Part shown: one piece after another, positions 1 through 9,728 of the stretch
Layout: each line of letters starts with the position of its first letter
Position numbering within the stretch: position 1 is the stretch's first letter
Origin: Bacteroidia bacterium
Lineage (GTDB): Bacteria > Bacteroidota > Bacteroidia > Bacteroidales > BM520
DNA: 46,651 nt
Reading direction: 5' to 3'
Assembly: GCA_009930445.1 (NCBI GenBank)
Contig: RZYD01000001.1
Span: forward strand, 1 to 46,651
Made by a program: the position numbers and the translations under genes
Notes under the pieces: model-generated
What the model saw: the letters and a program-made list of their open reading frames with translations, nothing else
Databases searched by the model: none
Told to the model about the DNA's origin: nothing

Positions 1-3000
1 GGAATTTATTCTTATCAGGAAAAACAAACCATCGACTTCCGACCCCTTACCCATGCGCGTCTTTTTGGTATTTTCGGTCCGGTTGGAAGTGGAAAATCCA
101 CTCTACTGGAAGCCATTATTTTTGCCTTATACGGCCAGACTGACCGAATGAATGTAAAGGGAGATATGATGCATTACAACATGATGAATCTAAAATCAAA
201 TGCCCTCCTGATTGATTTTGTCTTCGAAGTAGATAATCATAAATTTCGTTCCAGGGTTACTTCTAAACGGAACAGCAAACGATTTGAAGAGATTAAAACG
301 TATACCCGTTCTGCCTATGAATGGGATCAAAACGAATGGAAGTCGGTTTCCGATGACTATTTGAAAGAAAAAATTGGATTGGATTATGTAAATTTTAAAC
401 GGGCTGTGATCATACCCCAAGGGAAATTTCAAGATTTTATCACACTCACATCGAAAAACCGTTCCGACATGATGAAAGAACTTTTTGCTCTGGAACGTTT
501 TGAATTGTCGGAACCAACAAATGCCCTTGACGAAGAGAATAAAACGAACCTTGACATTCTTGAAGGGCAAATCAGACAACTAAATCCTGTAAACGAAGAA
601 GAAATAGAAAAACTCCGTTCGCATATTCTCCAGCTCGAAAAAAATATTAAAGCGTTAGATGAAGATATTAAATATAAAGAACAGTTAAACAATGAATTAA
701 ATGAATTACAACAGCAGATTAATCGGATAAAAAAATTGGAAGAAGAACAAACGATTCTTCACGAGAATGAAGCCGATATGCTACAAAAGAAAAAAACGGT
801 CACTCAATATGCGTACTGTGTAAAAGAATTCAAGCATTTACTGGAATCCAAGGAGACATTAAAAGAAAAAAAAGCGCAACTTCTCGTTGCCATGCAGGCG
901 TCAGAAAAGAAAATTATCAAATGGAACAACGAGATGGCCGCGATACAGCTGCCACTGGAAAAGGCTAAAAATACCTATGCAAACCGGGAATTATTCCTTC
1001 GCCAAGCCGAAGAGGCAAAATCTCTTCTTTCCATATTAAATTACAAGAATCAATTAAGCCATAATGCTACACGACTGCACAAAGGAAGGGAATTAATTCA
1101 GGAAATATCCGGGGAAATTACAAGAATGGAAGCCGATTTGCTGAAAGAAGCGCATAAAAAGCGTATGGCCGGATTGGAAAAACCGGATATTAAAATATTA
1201 AACCATGCCAGAGAGTGGTTTAACGAAAAAAGTAAACTCCTAAGGGATAGTGATAAAGTCACACAACAGGTCGAAGCCTGTCAAAAAAGGGAAAATACCC
1301 TAAAAGAAGAACAAACAATCGTTACCAGATCGGCCTTGCCGGATTTTAAATTACGCACTGAAAATGACGAGATTAAATCAGCACTACTTCATCTTGAGCA
1401 CACTATCGACAGCTTGCAACAACAGGTACACAGTAAGAAACTGCAATTAAGGCTCTTTGAATTGGCAAAAGGACTGACTGAAGGCCATCCTTGTCCTCTC
1501 TGTGGATCGCTCTCCCACCCTCGTGTTATGCAAACCGCTGAAGTCAGTGATGAAATCAGGGAGCTGGAGGAACGTGTTTCAAATGTGAAACAGCAGCTCG
1601 TGCAAGGAAGAAAATTCCTGGAAGAAATGCAACGCCTTCATTCGGAGATTAAAGCGAATGATTCCTTACTTCAAAACGCTGAAAAAGAGTTGTTGGTTTT
1701 AAAAACTGCCTTACAGCCTTATCACCAACACGCGCACTATCAAAGCCGGCAAGCAGTTGATAAGGCGTTTGAAAAGTATTATCAGACAGAAGAAATCATT
1801 GCGGAAGCTGAAAAAAGAAAAATGATACTGGAGTCTACGCTCGAACACCAGAAAAAAAAACGGGAAAGGTATGAAACAGAAGTTCATTCCATTGAAAAAG
1901 AGAATGCAGGTGCGGAATCGGTGATAGAAAATCTAACACATAAAATTGCTGATGCCACGTTCGGGCAATTATCTGGTTTGTCGGCTGAAGCACTGGAAGA
2001 ATACAAAATTGCACAGGAGAACAATTACGAAAAAGCTGCCATAAAGGTGGAACAATTGCAGCAATCGTATAATAATGCGCAACAAAATGCGAATACCCTG
2101 AATGGGATACTGGAAAGCTACCAGGAACAAATGATCAACTATGAAAATGAAATAAAAATAATTTCCGAAACATTTGAAGCATTAGTGAGCAAAAGTGAAT
2201 TCGCAAATGAAGCGGAAATAATTACTATCCTTGGTATGGAGCCATACATTGAGGGTTTTCAAACAGAAATTATTGAATTTCAGAATAAGCAGTTTTATCT
2301 TCAGCAGGAGCTGGAAGCCGGCAAAGTCAAAATCGAGGGAAAAAGATATGAGGAAAAGCTACACCAACAATTGCGCGAAGAGATTCAGGGTTTACAGGAA
2401 AAGCATAATGCTTTACACCGCGAAGCCGGGGAAAATAATGCTTTATTAAAACGACAAACCGAAGGATTGAAGCAATTTGAAGTACTAATTCAGCGCTTCG
2501 AGAACCTACGTAAACGAAAAGAGAATATTGCGGTCTTGAAACAACTCTTCCGGGGAAGTGGATTTGTGAACCACATCAGTACGGTACATCTGCAACAGTT
2601 AGTTGATCGGGCCAATCAACGTTTTTTGAATCTAACACGCATGCAGTTAAAAATTGAGCTCAGTGAAAGTAATAATTTTTTGGTCAGAGATTTTATGAAT
2701 GGAGGGAATGTGCGCAGCATCAAAACATTGTCGGGGGGGCAAACCTTTCAGGCGGCCTTATCGTTAGCATTGGCGCTTAGTGATAGTGTACATAAACGTC
2801 TCACCGGATCGCATCATTTTTTCTTTTTGGATGAAGGATTTGGCTCGCTCGATCACGAAGCGCTGGACATTGTTTTTAAAACCCTCAAAATGTTACAGCA
2901 GGAAGACCGGATTGTGGGAATTATCAGTCATGTAGAGGAGATGAAACAAGAAATAGAAATGCATTTGCAAATTATAAATGACCAGCAACGGGGGTCGCAA

Positions 3001-3042
3001 ATCATGCCAGGATGGAGTACTAAGGGAAATGGCAGCAGTTAA
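1..3042 (+). CDS. sbcC: SbcC/Rad50-family DNA repair ATPase (SbcCD nuclease subunit C), 5'-truncated by window edge
   Basis: Frame 1 is open from nt 1, so the track ATG at 148 is internal. Walker A GPVGSGKST at nt 76-102. Very long K/E/Q-rich coiled-coil middle. Zinc hook CPLC at nt 1492-1503. C-terminal ABC signature LSGGQTF, Walker B FFFLDEGFGSLD and H-loop ISHV. Confidence 0.85.
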   Translation, partial: GIYSYQEKQTIDFRPLTHARLFGIFGPVGSGKSTLLEAIIFALYGQTDRMNVKGDMMHYNMMNLKSNALLIDFVFEVDNHKFRSRVTSKRNSKRFEEIKTYTRSAYEWDQNEWKSVSDDYLKEKIGLDYVNFKRAVIIPQGKFQDFITLTSKNRSDMMKELFALERFELSEPTNALDEENKTNLDILEGQIRQLNPVNEEEIEKLRSHILQLEKNIKALDEDIKYKEQLNNELNELQQQINRIKKLEEEQTILHENEADMLQKKKTVTQYAYCVKEFKHLLESKETLKEKKAQLLVAMQASEKKIIKWNNEMAAIQLPLEKAKNTYANRELFLRQAEEAKSLLSILNYKNQLSHNATRLHKGRELIQEISGEITRMEADLLKEAHKKRMAGLEKPDIKILNHAREWFNEKSKLLRDSDKVTQQVEACQKRENTLKEEQTIVTRSALPDFKLRTENDEIKSALLHLEHTIDSLQQQVHSKKLQLRLFELAKGLTEGHPCPLCGSLSHPRVMQTAEVSDEIRELEERVSNVKQQLVQGRKFLEEMQRLHSEIKANDSLLQNAEKELLVLKTALQPYHQHAHYQSRQAVDKAFEKYYQTEEIIAEAEKRKMILESTLEHQKKKRERYETEVHSIEKENAGAESVIENLTHKIADATFGQLSGLSAEALEEYKIAQENNYEKAAIKVEQLQQSYNNAQQNANTLNGILESYQEQMINYENEIKIISETFEALVSKSEFANEAEIITILGMEPYIEGFQTEIIEFQNKQFYLQQELEAGKVKIEGKRYEEKLHQQLREEIQGLQEKHNALHREAGENNALLKRQTEGLKQFEVLIQRFENLRKRKENIAVLKQLFRGSGFVNHISTVHLQQLVDRANQRFLNLTRMQLKIELSESNNFLVRDFMNGGNVRSIKTLSGGQTFQAALSLALALSDSVHKRLTGSHHFFFLDEGFGSLDHEALDIVFKTLKMLQQEDRIVGIISHVEEMKQEIEMHLQIINDQQRGSQIMPGWSTKGNGSS

Positions 3043-3084
3043 TAAAACGATAAATCACCTGTTGGATGTTGCCAAACGTAACCT

Positions 3085-3092
3085 TACATTTG
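3085..3092 (+). promoter_or_regulatory. Candidate Bacteroidota -7 promoter box (TACATTTG) for the BatA_N gene
   Basis: Perfect TAnnTTTG match 18 nt upstream of the ATG at 3111. No clear -33 TTTG seen. Confidence 0.4.
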
Positions 3093-3110
3093 CATCAAAA
3101 GAAGTAACAC

Positions 3111-5171
3111 ATGAATTTTACGCATCAGGCCTTACTGTGGGGATTAATTGCTGTTGCCATTCCGGTAATTATTCATCTGTTTAATTTTAAACGGTTTAAA
3201 AAGACTTACTTCACGAATGTTAAATTAATAAAACAGTTGAGTGAGGAAACGCGGCGTCAATCGAAACTTCGTCATCTGATTATTTTATTGCTTCGGATTC
3301 TGGCCATTGTTGCGCTGACAGTTGCCTTTGCTGGCCCCTATATACCTGCCGATAAGCAGCAAACCCACACCGGAAAGAAAAAATTAGTATCCATTTATTT
3401 GGATAATTCTTTTAGCATGGAAATGCGGGATGCAGAAAATATTTTACTTGAAAGTGCCAAAAGTCGTATTCCGGATATTCTGAATGCCTATACCTCAGAA
3501 GATGCTTTCCGTTTGATTACCAACGACTTCAAGCCTCAGCACCAACACTTATTAACACCTGACGAGCTATTAGGCTATGCCACAGAAGTCACCCTCTCCC
3601 CTGTAACCCGAACCCTTTCGACGGTACTCGACCGGCTGCAGGAAGTACCGGATGATGCGAAAGGATTTTTTCAGGAAATTTATGTATTAAGCGATTTACA
3701 GCGCGCTGTTACCGATTTTGAGTCGATGGAAAATGATTCCATGATGCATGTACGAATGATCCCATTACAGGCTGAATCGCATGAAAACCTGTTTATCGAC
3801 AGTTGTTGGTTTATTAATCCGGTGCACATCAGAAACAGCATGTTAACTTTGAAGGCCCGGGTGGTGAATACTTCCGGGAAACGGTATGAAAAAGTGCCGG
3901 TAAAAGTAATTGTAGACGAAAAACAGCGGGCAATGGCCAGCATCGATCTCCCCCCCAACGCAAGCGCAATAGCCGAATTTCACTTTATGGCGACCCACCC
4001 CGGTAACCGAAAAGCCATAGTTAGCCTGAATGATTATCCGGTATCCTACGACGATACCTACTTTTTTACCTATAGAATTATCGACCGGATTCCGGTTTTG
4101 ATTGTGAATGGAAATGGGACAAACCATTATTTAACGACACTATTTACCAGCGACAGTACTTTTCTTCTACAAACAACGGAAATCACCCGGCTTACTCCGT
4201 CGCTGATTGCTGCTAATGATTTTATTCTCTTAAATGAAGTCGCGAATCCGGGTTCCGGGATTGCCGATGAATTGATTAAACAGAGCCTGACCGGGAAAAG
4301 CATTCTGATCATCCCTTCAGTGGAAGAACCGGGTAATGCTACAGCCATTTTCAGTGCGTTGCAGCTGCCTGTTCCCCGCCGATCCGATACCACTCATATC
4401 CGGGTGAGCCACGTTGCTGTATATTCCGACTTTTTTAAACAGGTATTTAACCCCGACGAACTAAAAGCCGAAGGGCTTCCTGAAAAAACCGATCTTCCGA
4501 TGGTATTCCGTCGTTACCCAATACCCAACGTGGCCGGTAGTAACATGGAAGCGCTGCTATCGTTGGCTGGAAATGAACCTTTCCTTATTCGAAAACCCTC
4601 CGGAAGCGGATGGATTTATGCTTTTGCTTCTCCACTCCGTGAAAATGCAGGAAATCTCGTGCAACATGCGCTTTTTGTGCCAATCATGTACCGAATGGCT
4701 TTTTTAAGTAGCGTGGGAGATCATCCAGGACTGGTAATTGGCCAGGATACACGAACACGTATCAAGAGGGATGAAACTTTCACCGAACGGGTCGAAATGG
4801 AGCATACAAATTCAGGTTACCGATTCATTCCTGGAATTGAGCGCCATCCGGGTTACCTCGACCTGTTGCTTTATGATCATTTATCGGATGCAGGTTTTTA
4901 TACTCTTTATCAGGATGAAATCCCTGTGCACACTGTGGCAGCCAATTACAACCGAATGGAAAGTGATTTAGTTTGTTATACCAAAAATGAAGCCATCGAA
5001 GCTATTGCATCACTGAAAATAAATACATTTTCGATTATTGATTCACTGCCTGGCCGGTTGGCGTCGACATTGGAAACCCTGAACAAAGGACGACAGTTAT
5101 GGCATTATTTTGTATATTTATGCCTTATTTTTTTATTGGGAGAAGTTATTTTATTGAGATTGTGGAAATAG
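3111..5171 (+). CDS. BatA (aerotolerance regulator) N-terminal domain-containing membrane protein, function unknown
   Basis: ATG start. N-terminus LLWGLIAVAIPVIIHLFNFKRFKK is the typical BatA_N first TM plus basic patch. There is a second TM (LIILLLRILAIVALTVAFAG) and a C-terminal TM (YFVYLCLIFLLGEVILL). The large middle part has no motif I can name. Confidence 0.6.
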   Translation: MNFTHQALLWGLIAVAIPVIIHLFNFKRFKKTYFTNVKLIKQLSEETRRQSKLRHLIILLLRILAIVALTVAFAGPYIPADKQQTHTGKKKLVSIYLDNSFSMEMRDAENILLESAKSRIPDILNAYTSEDAFRLITNDFKPQHQHLLTPDELLGYATEVTLSPVTRTLSTVLDRLQEVPDDAKGFFQEIYVLSDLQRAVTDFESMENDSMMHVRMIPLQAESHENLFIDSCWFINPVHIRNSMLTLKARVVNTSGKRYEKVPVKVIVDEKQRAMASIDLPPNASAIAEFHFMATHPGNRKAIVSLNDYPVSYDDTYFFTYRIIDRIPVLIVNGNGTNHYLTTLFTSDSTFLLQTTEITRLTPSLIAANDFILLNEVANPGSGIADELIKQSLTGKSILIIPSVEEPGNATAIFSALQLPVPRRSDTTHIRVSHVAVYSDFFKQVFNPDELKAEGLPEKTDLPMVFRRYPIPNVAGSNMEALLSLAGNEPFLIRKPSGSGWIYAFASPLRENAGNLVQHALFVPIMYRMAFLSSVGDHPGLVIGQDTRTRIKRDETFTERVEMEHTNSGYRFIPGIERHPGYLDLLLYDHLSDAGFYTLYQDEIPVHTVAANYNRMESDLVCYTKNEAIEAIASLKINTFSIIDSLPGRLASTLETLNKGRQLWHYFVYLCLIFLLGEVILLRLWK

Positions 5172-5198
5172 CGCAGCGCAGGATTAGCAGAAACAGAA

Positions 5199-8036
5199 AT
5201 GAAAGAGAACGAAGAAGTAAAAGAAAACCAACAGGAAGAAACCTCAGGCATACCCATAGATTCATCCAGTCAGGAGAGTGAAAAAGCAGAAAGCCGCACC
5301 ATAAAACTTTCCGGGATGTACCAGAACTGGTTTCTGGATTATGCTTCCTATGTGATTCTTGAACGGGCGGTTCCGGAAATCGACGATGGGCTGAAACCTG
5401 TTCAGCGACGCATTATGCATGCCATGGAGGAGCTGGATGACGGACGGTACAACAAAGTGGCCAACCTCATTGGGCACACGATGAAATACCATCCCCATGG
5501 TGATGCTTCCATTGGCGATGCATTAGTACAACTGGGGCAAAAAGAAATATTGGTCGACACCCAGGGCAACTGGGGAAACCTGCATACCGGTGATAGCGCG
5601 GCAGCCCCCCGCTACATTGAAGCGCGCCTGACAAAATTCGCGAAAGAAGTAGCGTTTAACGCAAAAACCACAGAATGGAAATTGTCCTACGATGGAAGAA
5701 ATAAGGAACCTGTTGCCTTACCCATTAAATTTCCACTTTTGCTGGCACAGGGAGTGGAAGGAATTGCGGTGGGACTGGCTTCAAAAATTCTTCCACACAA
5801 TTTTATTGAATTAGTACACTGCTCCATTAAAATTCTCGAAAACCAACCTTTTATATTATTACCTGACTTTCACACCGGAGGTTATGCCGATTTTTCAAAA
5901 TATAACGATGGAATCCGTGGGGGAAAAGTCAGAATTCGGGCAAAAATCAACAAGCTTGACAAAAAAACGCTGGTAATTACGGAAATACCATTTGGCACCA
6001 ACACTTCATCGCTGATTGATTCTATTATCGCTGCAAATGAGAAAGGCAAAATTAAAATCAAAAAAATCGACGATAACACCGCTGCCGAAGTGGAAATACT
6101 GATTCATCTTAATCCGAATGTTTCTCCGGATAAAACAATGGATGCGCTTTATGCTTTCACAAATTGCGAAGTGTCCATCTCTCCCAATGCCTGTGTGATA
6201 AAGGAGGGGAAACCCAGTTTTATTGGTGTGAGTGATATTTTACGTCATAACACAAATCGGACGCTTCACTTACTAAAAAAAGAACTCGATATAAAAAAAG
6301 CTGAATTGCTGGAGCAGATTCTGTTCAGCAGCCTGGTTAAAATATTTATCGAGCATAAAATTTATCGTAAAATTGAAAAATGTACTACCTGGGAAGCCGT
6401 TCTTGAGGCCATTGATGAAGGGCTGGAACCTTTTAAACCTTCTTTTTATCGCGAAATTACTGAGGAGGACCTGGTCAAACTAACCGAAATCAGAATAAAA
6501 CGGATTTCAAAATATGATGCGATGAAGGCGGATGAAGTGATGAAAGGGTTTGAGGATGAGCTACAGCAGGTAGCGTATCATCTCGACCATCTGATTCCGT
6601 ATGCCATTGACTATTTTCAACATATTCTGGAAAAATACGGAAAAGGAAGGGAGAGGAAAACAGAAATACGAAATTTCGACACCATAGAAGCTGTCAGAGT
6701 AGTAGCCGCCAATGCAAAACTTTATGTTAACCGCAACGAAGGTTTTGCCGGAACTCTTTTGAAAAAGGATGAATTTGTCTGTGATTGTTCTGACATGGAC
6801 GATATCATTGTTTTTAGAGGTGATGGAACCTTTAAGGTGGTAAAAATCGCCGAAAAGGTTTATGTGGGGGATAACATTATTCATATCGATGTTTTTCGAA
6901 AAAACGACGATCGAACCATTTACAATATGGTTTATAGCGATGGAAAAGGAGGAAGTAACCGGGTAAAACGTTTTGCGGTATTGGGCGTTACCCGCGACAA
7001 AGAATATAATCTTACCAGAGAGAAACCCGGTTCAAAAGTATTGTATATGTCGGCAAACCCGAATGGTGAAGCCGAGGTTATTAAAGTTTTTTTACGGCCT
7101 AAACCACGGCTTAAAATCCAGTCCTTTGAATTCGACTTCAGTGATCTGGCTATTAAAGGGAGAAATTCAGCCGGAAATATTCTTACAAAACACGCTATCC
7201 GAAAAATCAGCATCAAAGAAGAAGGCATTTCAACGCTTGGCGCTATGGAGCTTTGGTTCGATGATACGGTTAACCGGCTCAATGTGGAAGAGCGGGGTAA
7301 ATATATTGACGCTTTCAGCTCCGATGATAAAATCGTTACAATTCAGCAATCCGGAATTTGCAAAATTTATGGGTACGACCTTAGTACACACTTTGAGGAT
7401 GATCTGAAATATATTTTTAAATTTAATGCGGAGACAATTTACACGTTGGTTTACTATAACGGTGAAAAAGACGCGTATTACCTGAAACGATTTACGTTGG
7501 ATGTTTCGGATAATGATACAAATTTGATCGGAGAGGATGAGAATTCAAAGCTTATCCATTTTATAGCGCACGAAAATCCAAGGCTGGCACTGGTGCATCA
7601 AACCTCTGACGATAGCCGGATTGCACCGTATGATGAAATGATTCTCGCATCAGAATTTATAGATTCAAAAAGCGCCAAAGCAAAAGGAAAACGATTGACA
7701 AAGCATACGCTTGATAACATTTTAATTCTGGAGCCATGGGGTGGAGATCAACCCGATTCAGAACACGAAAGTATGGAATATCAGGATAAGACTGAAATAC
7801 CCATGGAACCGCCGTTACAATCAGCGACTATTTCCATAGAACCGCCAAGAAAGAATACAGAAGGTAAGGAAGGCAAGAGCAACAAAACAAATCAGGCCGA
7901 AAATACGGTACAAAAGGAGGAAGAGAAAGAAGAGGAAGTTAAATTCACGATTACCAATGAAGAAGAAATCAACTTCACCGAAGAAGATACAACTGAAAAA
8001 AAAGAAGATTCAGATGGACAGATGCTATTATTTTAG
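5199..8036 (+). CDS. parC: DNA topoisomerase IV subunit A (type IIA topoisomerase A subunit, Bacteroidota ParC type)
   Basis: YASYVILERAVPEIDDGLKPVQRRIMHAM, HPHGDASIGDALV and the catalytic Tyr context AAPRYIEARL. Length and C-terminal beta-pinwheel-like region fit. Extra acidic low-complexity tails at both ends. Confidence 0.85.
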   Translation: MKENEEVKENQQEETSGIPIDSSSQESEKAESRTIKLSGMYQNWFLDYASYVILERAVPEIDDGLKPVQRRIMHAMEELDDGRYNKVANLIGHTMKYHPHGDASIGDALVQLGQKEILVDTQGNWGNLHTGDSAAAPRYIEARLTKFAKEVAFNAKTTEWKLSYDGRNKEPVALPIKFPLLLAQGVEGIAVGLASKILPHNFIELVHCSIKILENQPFILLPDFHTGGYADFSKYNDGIRGGKVRIRAKINKLDKKTLVITEIPFGTNTSSLIDSIIAANEKGKIKIKKIDDNTAAEVEILIHLNPNVSPDKTMDALYAFTNCEVSISPNACVIKEGKPSFIGVSDILRHNTNRTLHLLKKELDIKKAELLEQILFSSLVKIFIEHKIYRKIEKCTTWEAVLEAIDEGLEPFKPSFYREITEEDLVKLTEIRIKRISKYDAMKADEVMKGFEDELQQVAYHLDHLIPYAIDYFQHILEKYGKGRERKTEIRNFDTIEAVRVVAANAKLYVNRNEGFAGTLLKKDEFVCDCSDMDDIIVFRGDGTFKVVKIAEKVYVGDNIIHIDVFRKNDDRTIYNMVYSDGKGGSNRVKRFAVLGVTRDKEYNLTREKPGSKVLYMSANPNGEAEVIKVFLRPKPRLKIQSFEFDFSDLAIKGRNSAGNILTKHAIRKISIKEEGISTLGAMELWFDDTVNRLNVEERGKYIDAFSSDDKIVTIQQSGICKIYGYDLSTHFEDDLKYIFKFNAETIYTLVYYNGEKDAYYLKRFTLDVSDNDTNLIGEDENSKLIHFIAHENPRLALVHQTSDDSRIAPYDEMILASEFIDSKSAKAKGKRLTKHTLDNILILEPWGGDQPDSEHESMEYQDKTEIPMEPPLQSATISIEPPRKNTEGKEGKSNKTNQAENTVQKEEEKEEEVKFTITNEEEINFTEEDTTEKKEDSDGQMLLF

Positions 8037-8040
8037 CAAA

Positions 8041-8247
8041 TTATAGAGATATTTCCGTAAGTTTACCATATTCCAGGGAAGGCATCAGTTTTTCAATTTT
8101 TTTTCTTTTACATCGCTTTAGCCCATATCCCTGCAGTGATTTCTCTGCATTTCCCGGAGTAAAATAAGCGAGCAAGGTCATATTCTCATCGCGCAGTTGT
8201 ACAAAATCAGGCATACTCGTGGTGCCTTTAATTTTCAATAAATACAT
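8041..8247 (-). CDS. Hypothetical small protein (68 aa)
   Basis: ATG-initiated ORF in an otherwise empty 348-nt gap. Basic C-terminal half (KRCKRKKIEK). No recognisable motif, promoter box or terminator. Confidence 0.3.
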   Translation of the reverse strand: MYLLKIKGTTSMPDFVQLRDENMTLLAYFTPGNAEKSLQGYGLKRCKRKKIEKLMPSLEYGKLTEISL

Positions 8248-8384
8248 AGTAATAATTTTGATATGTTGCTGTTTCCGTAAATATACGCTTTTTTATTCAT
8301 AAGGTTAGTTTTATCAACAAAAAAAGGAGAAAAAAATCAATAAGGCGATCAGCTAAAATCTGGATGTAATGAAAAATGATGGCC

Positions 8385-9398
8385 TTACTGCCTTAAAAGA
8401 AAGACGATTTTTGTTTCCAATTCGTCAGATGAAACCATTGTAAGGTCATTCAGGTAATATTCAATGATGCGTCCTGAAAACGGAACCTGATTTTTTTCCA
8501 TATATTGGATCATAAACGTATAGGTAAGCTGAAGTTCATCGTAAGGGCCAATATGCGTAACAGCGATAACATCCTGCTCTTCAAAAGTAAACGATTCGGA
8601 CCAATGTAAACCTTGTACTTGTTTATTTACCGGTAGGCCGGCATAAAACAAAAAAGGTTCTTTATTTGCACAGGAATCATAATAAAAGGAAAAAGGTGCT
8701 CCAATAATTTGCAACCTCTGGTTTCCGATATCCATTAAAAGGGCGCTAAAAAGGCTTGCCATCACCTCCGACCTCTCCCCCATTGTCGTTTCCCCTTTTA
8801 CCACAACGGAATGAAAAGCAGTCTGTCGTTCCAGCGTTAAATCTTTAAAATAGCTTAATCGGGTTGCCTTCCCCTCCATAATCACTTTTAAATTATTTAA
8901 CCCTTTTGTGAGGCGCTCCTTCATTCCCTTTTCCATGAAGGAAAAGAGGATTCGCTCTAAGGGATACGCAGTAGATGAGGCAATAGTCCATGCTACTTCC
9001 GTACCTTCTGCCCCTGGAATACACTTCCATATAATTTTTGAGGGATTCTCTGATTCGCCAAAAAACAGGGAAGAAAAAATTTCCTTTCCGAAAACCACAG
9101 AATCAACCCGAATATGACCTTCTCCAATTATTTCGCCATCCCAATGGTATTCCGAACCCACAAAATTATTTTCAGGCAACGGCACAATTTCTACTTCAGC
9201 ACTGGGGTCACTAAACAGCCAGGGATCCCAGTCAGGACGGTTTTCGAAACTTACTACCGACTGATAAATCATTATAGCGGGTTGACTAATTAAAATTTTC
9301 GATTCGCTGTAAAAGGATTTAGGCAGTAATGCAGCCCATATCAATACGACGGCCACAATGACAGCCAAAATTCCAAGGATCCATTTGAATGCTTTCAT
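8385..9398 (-). CDS. Membrane-anchored SRPBCC (polyketide cyclase/START-like) + GyrI-like effector-binding domain fusion protein
   Basis: N-terminal TM anchor WILGILAVIVAVVLIWAALL. The first half resembles SRPBCC family proteins. The second half (GAPFSFYYD..., VTHIGPYDELQLTY, IIEYYLND) looks like a GyrI-like/AraC_E_bind small-molecule binding domain. Confidence 0.55.
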   Translation of the reverse strand: MKAFKWILGILAVIVAVVLIWAALLPKSFYSESKILISQPAIMIYQSVVSFENRPDWDPWLFSDPSAEVEIVPLPENNFVGSEYHWDGEIIGEGHIRVDSVVFGKEIFSSLFFGESENPSKIIWKCIPGAEGTEVAWTIASSTAYPLERILFSFMEKGMKERLTKGLNNLKVIMEGKATRLSYFKDLTLERQTAFHSVVVKGETTMGERSEVMASLFSALLMDIGNQRLQIIGAPFSFYYDSCANKEPFLFYAGLPVNKQVQGLHWSESFTFEEQDVIAVTHIGPYDELQLTYTFMIQYMEKNQVPFSGRIIEYYLNDLTMVSSDELETKIVFLLRQ

Positions 9399-9655
9399 CT
9401 TTACCTACTTAATATTTTAACACTCCGTTTAACGCTATATAGCTACAATTCAATACTATACAAACATTTTTATACGAAACCTCCTATTATTTCGAACCGT
9501 AAATACAGGTTAGTTGATAATCAAAATCGACGCATATAAGATACAAAAAATAATAATTCACTGACCTGCATAGTAATAAGACCGATTTTTAGTGTCTTTT
9601 GCAAAAATACCGCTGAAGGGCCGAACCCTTAAACAAATAGCAGTTAATATGTATG

Positions 9656-9663
9656 TAGTTTTG
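9656..9663 (+). promoter_or_regulatory. Candidate -7 promoter box (TAGTTTTG) for sfsA
   Basis: Perfect TAnnTTTG 65 nt upstream of the sfsA ATG, inside a 324-nt AT-rich divergent intergenic region. Confidence 0.35.
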
Positions 9664-9728
9664 TACTTTTGATTTTATTTTCCGACGGTAACGCAAAATA
9701 TTTATGTCATAATACGTAAACTTTGTTT

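Noticed and set aside
1-3042. The SbcC-like ATPase as part of a defence system (Wadjet/Lamassu/other SMC-like)
   Set aside because: Walker A, a CxxC zinc hook in the middle of a long coiled coil and the ABC signature/Walker B at the C-terminus are the canonical SbcC/Rad50 layout. The downstream genes are unrelated housekeeping genes. The upstream partner (expected sbcD) is outside the window, so this cannot be fully excluded.
9485-9500. TTCGAACC string resembling a tRNA T-loop in the 9399-9728 intergenic region
   Set aside because: Flanking sequence cannot form acceptor or anticodon stems, so this is a chance match in AT-rich DNA.
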